Shown: piece after piece, positions 17,998 through 27,044 of the stretch
Position numbering within the stretch: position 1 is the stretch's first letter
Layout of the letters: the number at the start of each line of letters is the position of its first letter
Source of the DNA: Planctomycetota bacterium
GTDB taxonomy: Bacteria > Planctomycetota > SZUA-567 > H5-PLA8
DNA length: 64,000 bases
Assembly (NCBI GenBank): GCA_038227875.1
Contig: JBBRPR010000011.1
Coordinates: 96,001-160,000, forward strand
Direction of reading: 5' to 3'
Translations under genes and position numbers: made by a program
The notes under the pieces: generated by a model
Databases searched by the model: none
Seen by the model: only the letters and a program-made list of their open reading frames with translations
Told to the model about the DNA's origin: nothing

Positions 17998-18861
17998 CTA
18001 CGGCTTCAACGCCGCCAGCGCCGCAGCCTTCTTCTGCTTCTCCGTTTCGACCAACGTGTGCCGTTCGTCCTCCAGCCACTTCTGCCACGCAGCGATATCG
18101 TTCTTCGGCAGGTTCGGGTCGTCGGGCGCGACCTCACGGATCGTGGTGTAGTACGAGTCGCCGTCAATGTGCTGAATCTTCGTGTCGAGCACTACGCCCG
18201 TCAGAAATGTGCGCGTCACCGGTTTGTACACCGCGCCGGCGACGTCGTAATCGCCGACGTAACTGCGCTGCGTGCCTTGAAAGATGTGGTTGTGCGGGCC
18301 GGGGCCGCAGGACCACTTCCAGTGCTCGATGATCACTTCGAAAATGCGAGGGCCACCGAAAGCCTTCATCGCGGCGGCAGCGTTGTTGCGAATCTCCACG
18401 TCATCGTGATGTGCGACCGCTTCCAGCAGAGCCGGCGTGGCGTCGTCGTGGCGAGCGGTCAACGCGGTGCGCGCCAGTTCGCGAGTCTCGGCGTTCTTGT
18501 CGGCGCAGGCCGCGCGCGCGAGCGCCAACGTCGCGCGGTTTTCGGGATCGTCGCTCGATGTCACCGACACCAATTCACGCAGCGCGCGGCGGCGCGCTTC
18601 GCTCTGCTCGTCGTTTACGGCCAGTTCGCTCAGAATTCCGGCCCGTTGCGTGCCGGTCATCTCCGTCCACGATTTCAGCGCGGCGCTGTCACCCGCTACC
18701 ACTTTGCGAAAAACGTCGAGCTTCGCCTCACGCACGGCAAGCTTCGCGGCGTCCGGCGAAAAACCAATGCGCTCTTCTGGCGTCTCGGCAGAGAATACGC
18801 GAGCCGGCAACAGCAGTCCGGCGCTGACACAGAGCAAGGCGACGGATCGCGGCAGGGTCAT
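17998..18861 (-). CDS. Secreted HEAT-repeat protein (paralog 2)
   Basis: Signal peptide, HEAT-like helices, GGPRIFEVIIEHWK shared with neighbour; GGGAGG SD before MTLPR. Confidence 0.75.
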   Translation of the reverse strand: MTLPRSVALLCVSAGLLLPARVFSAETPEERIGFSPDAAKLAVREAKLDVFRKVVAGDSAALKSWTEMTGTQRAGILSELAVNDEQSEARRRALRELVSVTSSDDPENRATLALARAACADKNAETRELARTALTARHDDATPALLEAVAHHDDVEIRNNAAAAMKAFGGPRIFEVIIEHWKWSCGPGPHNHIFQGTQRSYVGDYDVAGAVYKPVTRTFLTGVVLDTKIQHIDGDSYYTTIREVAPDDPNLPKNDIAAWQKWLEDERHTLVETEKQKKAAALAALKP

Positions 18862-18877
18862 CGAACGCCTCCCTCTA

Positions 18878-19789
18878 TTATTCGTCGCGCACAGCAGCAA
18901 GCGCTTCGCGTGCGGCGCCGCGCTTTTTCTCGGCGTCAGCGGCGAGCTTCTCGCGGTCCTTGTCGACCCACTTCTGCCACGCGGCCGGGTTCTCGGGAAG
19001 CTTCACGTCGTCGGGCGCGATCTCGCGGATCGTTTTGTACCAGATGTCGCCTTCGACCTTCAGGCTCTTCACATCCAGGCAGATACCCGTGAGGAACGTG
19101 CGTACCGTCGGGTCGTACGAATCGCCGTTGATGTCGTAGTCCGAAACGTACGACCGCTGCTGACCGATGAAGACAAAGCCGCGGTTGCCTTCGCCCCAGA
19201 ATTCTTTCCAGTGTTCTATGATCACTTCAAACACACGCGGTCCGCCGATGGCCTTCAGCGCAGCCGCGGCGTTATCCCGCACGAGCACATTGCCGCCGCA
19301 CAGCGCGGGCACAAGCAGCTTCGGCGTGCGATCATCCTGGCGCATCGCCAATCCCGCGCGGGCCAGCGCGCGGAGCGCTCCGTCCTTCTCCGCAACAGCG
19401 ACCTGCGCCAGCGCCGTCAGCGCCTTGCCATCAGGGTCTTCGCTGGGTGAAAGCGTCGAGAGATCCTTGATCGCATGCGTGCGCGCGGGGCTTTCGCCGG
19501 AACTCTTCGCCAGATCGGCAAGCACTTCGGTGCGGTCGGCAGTCTTCAGCGCCGACCACGTTTTTTTCGCGGCCGAATTCCCAGCCAGCGTGCCCCGATA
19601 GACCTCCAGCTTTTCGTCGTGATCGTTTTTCTTCGCGGCGTCCTTGGAGTATGCGATGCGCAAGTCGTCGGCATCATCCTTGGCCGCCACGTTCACTGGC
19701 GCGGGATTGCCACCCACGTCCACACCCATCCCGAACGCTGAAGCGCAAAGAATTGGTCCCGAGGCCATCAGCGCTAATTTCAGATTCAT
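18878..19789 (-). CDS. Secreted HEAT-repeat protein (paralog 1)
   Basis: Signal peptide, VRDNAAAALKAIGG, GGPRVFEVIIEHWK. Confidence 0.75.
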   Translation of the reverse strand: MNLKLALMASGPILCASAFGMGVDVGGNPAPVNVAAKDDADDLRIAYSKDAAKKNDHDEKLEVYRGTLAGNSAAKKTWSALKTADRTEVLADLAKSSGESPARTHAIKDLSTLSPSEDPDGKALTALAQVAVAEKDGALRALARAGLAMRQDDRTPKLLVPALCGGNVLVRDNAAAALKAIGGPRVFEVIIEHWKEFWGEGNRGFVFIGQQRSYVSDYDINGDSYDPTVRTFLTGICLDVKSLKVEGDIWYKTIREIAPDDVKLPENPAAWQKWVDKDREKLAADAEKKRGAAREALAAVRDE

Positions 19790-19965
19790 GATCGCGGCTC
19801 CCGGAATCACAACCATTCACCATCGCAATGTTAACGAAAATTCAACATTTGCGTTACAAGAAAAGGCTTCGATAATGCAACACCCTTGTCTTCTACGGCG
19901 CAACAGGGCGTCCGGTATGACGGGCTTAGGGCGATTTTACTGCTGAAAAAAGGATGCTACTTCAC

Positions 19966-20637
19966 ATGGCAAAGAAAGCACTGATCGTCTGGGGCGGCTG
20001 GGATGGCCACGAACCCGAAAAAGTCGCCGCCATTTTCAAGAATGTCCTTTCCGAGAAGAAATTCGAGGTCGAAGTTTCCAACACGCTCGACTCCTTTAAC
20101 GACAAGGCCAAACTCGCCGCGCTCGATCTGATCGTCCCGGTTTGGACGATGGGCAAGATCAGTGGCGAACAGTGCGGCAACGTCTGCGAAGCGGTGCGCA
20201 ACGGCGTAGGCATCGGTGGCGTGCACGGCGGCATGTGCGATTCGTTCCGCGAAGCGACTGAATGGCAGTTCATGACCGGCGGCCAGTGGGTCTCGCATCC
20301 GGGCAACGACGGCACGAAGTACAAAGTTCACATCACCGGCGAAAAGCATTTCATCACCGAGGGCCAGTCGGATTTCGATGTCTCGTCCGAACAGTATTAC
20401 ATGCACGTCGATCCGGCCGTGAAGGTCTTGGCGACGACGAAATTCCCTGTCGCCGACGGCCCGCACGTCCCCAACGGTGAATTCCAGATGCCGGTGACGT
20501 GGGTGAAGTACTACGGCAAAGGCAAAGTCTTCTACTGTTCGCTGGGCCACAAGGCCGACGTCGTCGCCATGCCGCCGGTGCTCAAGCAGTGCACACGCGG
20601 ACTGCTGTGGGCAGCGAATGCGGAAAATCTCGCGTAA
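19966..20637 (+). CDS. ThuA-domain (class I GATase-like) protein
   Basis: VWGGWDGHEP, GGQWVSHP, EQYY, GKGKVFYCSLGH. Confidence 0.88.
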   Translation: MAKKALIVWGGWDGHEPEKVAAIFKNVLSEKKFEVEVSNTLDSFNDKAKLAALDLIVPVWTMGKISGEQCGNVCEAVRNGVGIGGVHGGMCDSFREATEWQFMTGGQWVSHPGNDGTKYKVHITGEKHFITEGQSDFDVSSEQYYMHVDPAVKVLATTKFPVADGPHVPNGEFQMPVTWVKYYGKGKVFYCSLGHKADVVAMPPVLKQCTRGLLWAANAENLA

Positions 20638-20655
20638 TTTATAAGAATCAAAGTT

Positions 20656-20729
20656 GGCAGAAGGCAGTGGCAGTAAGCAGTCCTGAAATTGCAACAGTCA
20701 AGGACTGCCTACTGCTGCTGCCTTCTGCT
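20656..20729 (+). repeat. 29-bp intergenic inverted repeat built from GGCAG(T/A)-type units
   Basis: Arms 20656-20684 and 20701-20729; 25 Watson-Crick pairs, 3 G.U, 1 mismatch on the + strand. Confidence 0.85.
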
Positions 20730-20753
20730 TTCTCCGTTCTGGGCACCTTCCCC

Positions 20754-21479
20754 ATGGCCAAATTTTACAGCATCGGCCGCGCCGCCATTTCCTCGAATGT
20801 CTTTCACAACCATTCGACCTGGGAAATTTCTGTCTACACGGCCGGCTCCGGCGTGGCGACGGTGGGCGAGCAGGTAATTCCCTTCAAGGCCGGCACGATC
20901 ATCTGTTATCCGCCGATCATCCCGCACAAAGAAGATTCACAGCGCGGCTACACCGAATTTTACATCCACACCAATGAACTGAAACTCGGCAGCGAAACCG
21001 TCCCCGTCTTCACCGACACACCGCATCACACCTTCGCGCGCGTTGCCGCGATGCTTCATGAAGAATACCACTTAAAGGAGCCCGGCTGGGAAGCGGCAAC
21101 GCAGGATCTTTTTGCGCTGCTGATTTTCTATCTCAACCGCTGGCGCAAGTCCCCTGTCCCGCACCCGCTGGTGGAAGAGCTCAAGCGCACACTGGTCGAA
21201 CATTTTCACGATCCGGAATTCAAAGTCGGCACAGCGCTGGATGCGCTGCCCCTGTCACGCGACCATTTGCGTGAGCGCTTCGAACTGGCGACTGGAAAGA
21301 CGCCGCTGCAGTACCTCACCGAACTGCGCATCAGCGAAGCGAAGCATCTGCTGCGCCGCGGCTTTTCGATCAAGGAAGCCGGCTCTCGCGTCGGCTATCC
21401 TGATCCGTACTACTTCTCGCGCATCTTCCTGAAAACCGCGGGGGTGAGGCCAAGCCTGTATTCGAGAGGCGGACAATGA
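20754..21479 (+). CDS. AraC-family regulator with cupin domain
   Basis: HNHSTWE cupin; TPLQYLTELRI...VGYPDPYYFSRIF; start set at MAKFY. Confidence 0.9.
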   Translation: MAKFYSIGRAAISSNVFHNHSTWEISVYTAGSGVATVGEQVIPFKAGTIICYPPIIPHKEDSQRGYTEFYIHTNELKLGSETVPVFTDTPHHTFARVAAMLHEEYHLKEPGWEAATQDLFALLIFYLNRWRKSPVPHPLVEELKRTLVEHFHDPEFKVGTALDALPLSRDHLRERFELATGKTPLQYLTELRISEAKHLLRRGFSIKEAGSRVGYPDPYYFSRIFLKTAGVRPSLYSRGGQ

Positions 21480-21484
21480 CAGAA

Positions 21485-21539
21485 AATTTTGAATTGGCAG
21501 ACGTAATTCAAAATTATGAATTCAAAATTAAAAATTACT
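21485..21539. repeat. AT-rich heptamer array (AATTNNN x5) with short inverted copy
   Basis: AATTCAA AATTATG AATTCAA AATTAAA AATTACT (21505-21539); AATTTTGAATT (21485-21495) is the inverse of 21505-21515. Confidence 0.65.
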
Positions 21540-21543
21540 CCTC

Positions 21544-22317
21544 TCACGCTAGCCACAACCCGCCATTGATCTCAATCACTTCGCCCGTAATGAACGACGC
21601 GCCCTTGCTGCACAAAAAGACAACGGCCGCGCCGTGGTCTTCAGCCTGCCCGAGCCGTTTGAGCGGCGTGGTTTGTGCTATGGTCGTGAGTCCTTCGGGG
21701 GTGCTGAAGCGTTTGTGGAAATCCGTATGCGCCACGCCCGGCGAAATCGCGTTGACGCGGATCTCCGGCGCCAGTTCCTTGGCCAGTCCGCGCGTCATTG
21801 TGTGGATCATCGCCTTGGTGCCGCCGTAAACCGTCGCGCCGTTGTTGCCGCCGTTGTGAGCCGCGACGGAGCTCAAATTCACAATGCTCGGGCTCTTCCC
21901 TTCGCGCAACAGCGGCAGCGCTTCGCGGATTGTGTACACGGCGCTGTGAACGTTAACGTGCAGGACTTGTTCGAGCAGCTCGTCCGTGAAGTCTGCAATT
22001 TTTGAGCGCTTCACCAGATCGCCGGCGTTGTTGACCAGGATATCAAGCCCCGACCAATGCGTCCGCACCGCCGCGAAAAAACGCTTCACGTCCTCGCTCT
22101 TGGTAAGATCCGCCTGTTCGGCAAACGCCTTCCCGCCAGCTTTCTGAATCTCCGCGACCGTTTCCAGCGCGCCGTCCTTGCTTGAATGATAGTGAACGAG
22201 CACTTCCGCCCCGGCCCCCGCCAGCGCCACCGCGATCGCGCGCCCAATCCCGCGCCCCGCGCCCGTGACCAAGGCTCGCCGTCCTTCGAGCGAAAAGTTA
22301 TCCGTCAGGTAAGACAT
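21544..22317 (-). CDS. SDR-family oxidoreductase
   Basis: TGAGRGIG, NNAG, YGGTK; AAAGGAG SD before MSYLT. Confidence 0.93.
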   Translation of the reverse strand: MSYLTDNFSLEGRRALVTGAGRGIGRAIAVALAGAGAEVLVHYHSSKDGALETVAEIQKAGGKAFAEQADLTKSEDVKRFFAAVRTHWSGLDILVNNAGDLVKRSKIADFTDELLEQVLHVNVHSAVYTIREALPLLREGKSPSIVNLSSVAAHNGGNNGATVYGGTKAMIHTMTRGLAKELAPEIRVNAISPGVAHTDFHKRFSTPEGLTTIAQTTPLKRLGQAEDHGAAVVFLCSKGASFITGEVIEINGGLWLA

Positions 22318-22328
22318 GCTTGCTCCTT

Positions 22329-23522
22329 TCACTTTCCGCCGGTCACGATCTCCCACTGCCTGGCCGCGTAGCGATCGGTCATGCCCGCGACATAATCGCA
22401 GATCACACGGTCGAGTGAATCGGCGTGGCGGTCGAGTCGCGTGCGTTCCTCTTCGGGAAGTTGCTTGGGATCAGCGCGGTAGGCAGCGAAGAGCGTCTTC
22501 AGGCGGTTCTGCCAGAGCTGCGTCTTCTCTTTTACGCGCGGGTTGAGGTAGAAATTGTCCATCAGAAACGCTTCGAGCGCCAGCTTCTGCGGCGCGATCT
22601 CGGGAGAAAAGCCGACGAGTTCATCGCGGCACTGCCGGGCTTCCTCAACCGATGAAATCTTTGCCGCGGCCAGACGCGCTTGTGTCTCCATGCGCAGGTC
22701 GCTGACCAGCGTCGAGATCAGCCGGCGCACGACGGCCCGCCAGCGCAGACGGCGGTCGGTTTTCAATACCTCGTATTCCTTGACCACTTCCTCTTCCGCG
22801 CGGCGCCAGAGCGGAACGGCGCGGACGTGATTTTCGTCCAGCGTCTCAGAGACCAGGCCGTCGTCGAGGTCGTGCGTATCATACGCGATTTCATCAGCGT
22901 GGCCGACGAGCTGAACTTCGAGCGTCGGCATCTCGTTGGCGGCAAAGCCGAGCATCGAACGCGGACGGCCGGGCCGGCTGTTAAGCTCGCCGCCGCTGCC
23001 ACGCGAGTCAGGACCGGGAAACGCTCCGTTGCCGGGGACGTAATTCTTGACGTACCCTTCCCGCGTTTCGTAGGTCAAATTCAAACCCGGAAAGCGCGCG
23101 TAACGGAGCTCCAGAAAATCGACTACGCGCAAGCCTTGAGCGTTATGGTCGAAGCCGCCTTCGGCGCGCATCTCGTCATTCAACGCGCTTTCGCCGGAAT
23201 GCCCGAACGGCCCGTGCCCTAAATCGTGCGCAAGCGCCAGGGCCTCGGTCAGGTCCTCGTTCAAGCTCAGCATCCGCGCGAGCGTGCGCGCGATCTGCGT
23301 GACTTCCAGGGTGTGCGTGAGCCGGTTGCGATAATAATCGCCTTCGACCACGCTGACGAACACTTGCGTTTTGTATTGCAGTCGGCGGAAAGCTGCGGAG
23401 TGGACGATGCGGTCGCGGTCGCGCTGATACAGCGACCGGAACTCTGTCTGGTGATCGGGATGCGCTCGGCCGCGTGACTGTGCTTCACGCATGGCGTATG
23501 GCGCGAGAGAATTTTCGCTCAT
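22329..23522 (-). CDS. dgt: dNTP triphosphohydrolase (dGTPase, HD family)
   Basis: RDRDRIVHSAAFRRLQYKTQV, RLTHTLEV, HDLGHGPFGHSGE, DYVAGMTD. Confidence 0.95.
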   Translation of the reverse strand: MSENSLAPYAMREAQSRGRAHPDHQTEFRSLYQRDRDRIVHSAAFRRLQYKTQVFVSVVEGDYYRNRLTHTLEVTQIARTLARMLSLNEDLTEALALAHDLGHGPFGHSGESALNDEMRAEGGFDHNAQGLRVVDFLELRYARFPGLNLTYETREGYVKNYVPGNGAFPGPDSRGSGGELNSRPGRPRSMLGFAANEMPTLEVQLVGHADEIAYDTHDLDDGLVSETLDENHVRAVPLWRRAEEEVVKEYEVLKTDRRLRWRAVVRRLISTLVSDLRMETQARLAAAKISSVEEARQCRDELVGFSPEIAPQKLALEAFLMDNFYLNPRVKEKTQLWQNRLKTLFAAYRADPKQLPEEERTRLDRHADSLDRVICDYVAGMTDRYAARQWEIVTGGK

Positions 23523-23592
23523 GAGTACGGATTACAACGGCGCGGAATCATTTTCAGATTCCGCGCCGTGACAATCCCATTGAACCTTGGGT

Positions 23593-23922
23593 TTACTTGG
23601 CGTGGCCTTCGATCCAGGTCTTGAGCTGCGTCTTGCTCTGAGCTCCGACGACCCGATCCACTTCCTGTCCGTCCTTGAACAGCACCAAGCAGGGAATCGA
23701 GCGGATGCCGAAGCGCGATGCGACGTCCGACGCCTCGTCCACGTCTACCTTGGCGATCTTGACCTTGCCGGCCATCTCGGTCGCAATCTCTTCCAGAGCA
23801 GGCGCAATCATGCGGCACGGGCCGCACCACGTCGCCCAGAAGTCCACCACGGAGACGCCTCGGTACTTTTCGATTTCGGATTCAAACGACCCATCATTTA
23901 CAGCGACAGTTGCAGCACCCAT
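23593..23922 (-). CDS. trxA: Thioredoxin
   Basis: DFWATWCGPC, SIP; GGAGG SD. Confidence 0.96.
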   Translation of the reverse strand: MGAATVAVNDGSFESEIEKYRGVSVVDFWATWCGPCRMIAPALEEIATEMAGKVKIAKVDVDEASDVASRFGIRSIPCLVLFKDGQEVDRVVGAQSKTQLKTWIEGHAK

Positions 23923-24091
23923 GACAATTTCCTCCAACAAGCGGGTTTACACACTACTAATGTATGCAATGTTCTGAGGTATTCCCGACCCAACCTACAG
24001 CATCTATGTGTGCGCGCAAGCACTAGCGGAGAACGACTCTTTCCAACTCCTGATAATCTTCATTTCGTATTCATTTTGGTATCCAATCGGG

Positions 24092-24107
24092 CGGCACGGG
24101 AAATGCA
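24092..24107 (+). promoter_or_regulatory. Candidate sigma54 (-24/-12) promoter
   Basis: CGGCACG-GGAA-ATGCA with GG-N10-GC spacing, about 37 nt before the 24144 ATG. Confidence 0.4.
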
Positions 24108-24143
24108 AAGACTACCGTGTTGGCTTACTAAGGAGACTCTAAG

Positions 24144-25454
24144 ATGAAACTGAATTTCGGTCACTTAACCCTTGCAGGACTGCTTTTTACCGCACTGAGC
24201 GGCACCGCAGCGACGGTGCAGCTGAACAACGGCAGGATCGTGGATGGCGACGTGGTGCGCCAGGATCCGCTCATGATCTGGATGAATATTAACGGCGCCA
24301 CCTATGAACTTTCCCGGTCCGATGTCCTCTGGTTCTCCAGCGACAAGGTCAGTCATAGCATGTTGCGAAACGACGATGTGGTGGGCATCCCATACCGCCG
24401 AGAACCGATGCATATATCCGGTGCGGTCGTTGAAGCCGTTCCTGTGCAGTCGAAATCCGACGTTCGAACACCGAATTTGATCAACCCAAATCAGCGTGTC
24501 GCCGTGGAAGTTCCACTGCCGGCAACGGCTTCGCAGGTTCCTGCACCAATGATCCGCAATCCAAAGGATGAAATACCAATCAGCACCAACTATGTTGCCC
24601 CGTCTGCACCCGTCGCGGTTCCCGTTACGCCGGGCAAACCTGAAGTTCTGCCGCATCTCGGCACCTCATTGATTCCCACGACCGCAACCACCGTCCCCGT
24701 CACTGCACCGCGAACAGAAGCGGACATCAACCGGCTGCGCCGCGCTATTCCGCAGCTCAGCGATGCAGCGGATCCGGCCGATAATCGAGAAGCGTCGGAA
24801 GCGCTCCGCGCCTCAGGCGATACCGGATTGGCGATGCTGATCCAGGACGGCCTTTACAACTCCATCCCCAGTGTCCGTACGCATTCGGTGGAATTGCTGG
24901 CGACGTTGGGAGGCACGCGGGTTCTCAAACCGCTCATCGAAGCCTTCCATGCGGCGGCGGTGCCCACGATTCCCTCTTATCAAGTGGGATATGTCACCAC
25001 GCTGACCGGACAGATTTCACGCCTGACGGGTCAGGACTATTACTTCTACGCCCGCCGCACCGCGCGCGCGCCGGAAATCGCAGCGCAGATGGTCTCCTGG
25101 TGGAATGTGAACCTGAATCGCTTCCCGCAATTGGGTGAAGCGCCGATCGATCCGAACGCCCCGAACGCTGCGCAGCTGGTACGCCAGGCACGGACGTTGG
25201 TGCTGATCCATCGGGATTTCGGCGGCGCCAATTTGCCGCAGGAAGTCGCCCCCCAGTTGACCGTCGACGACGCTACGACCTTGTTGAATGGAGTAAACGG
25301 CATCCCGCGCGCCTCCGACAACAGCTTCACCGACCGCCTCAACACGGCGCAGGAACCGTCAGTGCCGAAGATTCCCGACGACGCACTCTCGGCTCCAGGC
25401 AAGTGGCGGGAAGAACAGCAGGCCGAACGACTGCGCGAAGAAAAAGCGCGCTAG
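24144..25454 (+). CDS. Secreted hypothetical protein (small beta domain, Pro-rich linker, HEAT-like region)
   Basis: Signal peptide, VQLNNGRIVDG, VRTHSVELLATLGG; AAGGAG SD. Confidence 0.7.
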   Translation: MKLNFGHLTLAGLLFTALSGTAATVQLNNGRIVDGDVVRQDPLMIWMNINGATYELSRSDVLWFSSDKVSHSMLRNDDVVGIPYRREPMHISGAVVEAVPVQSKSDVRTPNLINPNQRVAVEVPLPATASQVPAPMIRNPKDEIPISTNYVAPSAPVAVPVTPGKPEVLPHLGTSLIPTTATTVPVTAPRTEADINRLRRAIPQLSDAADPADNREASEALRASGDTGLAMLIQDGLYNSIPSVRTHSVELLATLGGTRVLKPLIEAFHAAAVPTIPSYQVGYVTTLTGQISRLTGQDYYFYARRTARAPEIAAQMVSWWNVNLNRFPQLGEAPIDPNAPNAAQLVRQARTLVLIHRDFGGANLPQEVAPQLTVDDATTLLNGVNGIPRASDNSFTDRLNTAQEPSVPKIPDDALSAPGKWREEQQAERLREEKAR

Positions 25455-25476
25455 TTCCGATTCCAATCTCAATGCT

Positions 25477-25510
25477 CGAAGCGACGGAGGAAACCGCCTC
25501 CGTCGCTTCG
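25477..25510. other. Perfect 14-bp intergenic hairpin
   Basis: CGAAGCGACGGAGG-AAACCG-CCTCCGTCGCTTCG, no U-tract. Confidence 0.7.
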
Positions 25511-25577
25511 TCACATGACTTGACATTCCTGCGGTAGAACAAAGACTGAATACTCCTCACTCCTCAGGAGCATCAGC

Positions 25578-26288
25578 ATGGATCGCGCAAAGATGAAATC
25601 CGTGGCGTTCATCGCGGAGGATTACGTCAAAGGGCCGATTTCCGGCGTCATCGTCTGCTTTCATGGCCTTGGCGATCCTGGTTTGCGCACCGTTGCCACC
25701 TACACCGAGAATGAATGGGCCGACGCCGGCGGATTGGTGGTGATGCCTTACGCCGGTCCGTGGTCGTGGATGAACCGACAGGCGCGCGCGATGGTCGAAG
25801 ACCTGATCGAATCGATTTACTACGAGTACAAACTGGCACCGACCGTTCCACTGATCTTCAACGGCGGCAGCATGGGCGGATACTGTTCACTGCTGGCCGC
25901 GCGCTACACGCGCCATCCGCTGAAAGCCTGTGCCGCGGTGTTTCCCGTCTGCGATTTGAAGTACCATTTCTCAGAGCGCCCCGACCTCCCTCGCACGATT
26001 TATCACGCCTTCGCCGGTTATCCGGAGCCTCTCGATGCCTTGTTCGCCGAGCATTCGCCGGTCGAGCAGGTCGAGAAAATGCCGCGCGTCCCGTATTTCC
26101 TGCTGCACGGCGATGCGGACAAGTCCGTGAACAAGGCCGCGCACTCCGACCGCATGATCGCCGCGATGCGGCAGCACGGGCATAACGTTCAGTACGTGGA
26201 AGTCCCGGGGATGGGACACCACGATATTTCGTCGTACAGCGCGTACCGGACGTACGTCGATTTCATCAAAGGGCAGTTCGCCCGTTGA
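25578..26288 (+). CDS. Alpha/beta hydrolase (S9 peptidase/esterase-like)
   Basis: FHGLG, GGSMGG, LLHGDADKSV, GMGH. Confidence 0.88.
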   Translation: MDRAKMKSVAFIAEDYVKGPISGVIVCFHGLGDPGLRTVATYTENEWADAGGLVVMPYAGPWSWMNRQARAMVEDLIESIYYEYKLAPTVPLIFNGGSMGGYCSLLAARYTRHPLKACAAVFPVCDLKYHFSERPDLPRTIYHAFAGYPEPLDALFAEHSPVEQVEKMPRVPYFLLHGDADKSVNKAAHSDRMIAAMRQHGHNVQYVEVPGMGHHDISSYSAYRTYVDFIKGQFAR

Positions 26289-26302
26289 TAGAGGAGTAGT
26301 TC

Positions 26303-26881
26303 ATGAAACTCTTGCTTAAAACCGCGCTCGCCGTAATTGTGCTTTGCGTTTCGAACGTCAGCGCCGCCGATGCGCCACCAAGCAAGGGCGACCCCACGCC
26401 CGCGCCGCCCGTCCGCACCATGGAAGTGAAGCTGCCAAAGAATTCCTGGGAGAGCTCACACGCCAACGCGATGAAAGTCGGCGATTGGATCGAAGTGGAG
26501 ATGACGCTGGTCCAGGGCACAAAGATGCGGCAGGAATGCATCGAAGTCGGCGACCATTACACGGTGATGCTCGTCCGCAGCTCCATCGGCGGACGGCAGA
26601 TGGAGCAGAAGATCAAATCGCTCTACACCGAAGCAAATCCCGACGAAGAGGAGGCCGCGAAGCTGCGCAAGGAACAGAATATCGAAATCAAGGACATCGA
26701 CGACAAGGTAAAAGTGAAAGACAAGGAAGTGAGCGCCAAGCGCCACGAAGTCTATCAGAACGGAAAGCTGACCTCGCGTACCTGGATCAGCGCCGAAATT
26801 CCAATGGGCGGGCAGGTCAAGACCGAAGGCGCCGACGGCAAAATTGTCACGCAGATCACGGACTACGGCGTCGGAAAATAG
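26303..26881 (+). CDS. Secreted hypothetical protein
   Basis: Signal peptide, host-like codon bias, GAGGAG SD. Confidence 0.75.
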   Translation: MKLLLKTALAVIVLCVSNVSAADAPPSKGDPTPAPPVRTMEVKLPKNSWESSHANAMKVGDWIEVEMTLVQGTKMRQECIEVGDHYTVMLVRSSIGGRQMEQKIKSLYTEANPDEEEAAKLRKEQNIEIKDIDDKVKVKDKEVSAKRHEVYQNGKLTSRTWISAEIPMGGQVKTEGADGKIVTQITDYGVGK

Positions 26882-27044
26882 TCGACGTATTCACGCCCAG
26901 CTCCGTATTGTTCAATCCATTAAGAATACAAAGTCGGAATCGTCTCTATTTTGGACGGAATTAACACGGTCGGCAGTGTTGTACTTTGGTGTACGCTCAA
27001 TTGTGGCCGGGAATTATTCCCAAATGCTGCAGAGGAGAAATTCA

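Noticed and set aside
16571..18088. 505-aa antisense ORF over the TPR-alphaCTD gene (likewise 5364-6773, 32707-34500, 45940-47112, 49135-50376, 61481-62722)
   Set aside because: Shadow ORFs expected from GC-rich codon bias opposite well-supported genes; no recognisable motifs
20499..20753. 85-aa N-terminal extension of the AraC ORF
   Set aside because: Overlaps the ThuA gene and runs through the hairpin repeat; the cupin domain starts at 20754
21476..21829. 117-aa plus-strand ORF after the AraC gene
   Set aside because: Starts in an AT-rich heptamer array and lies mostly antisense to the SDR gene
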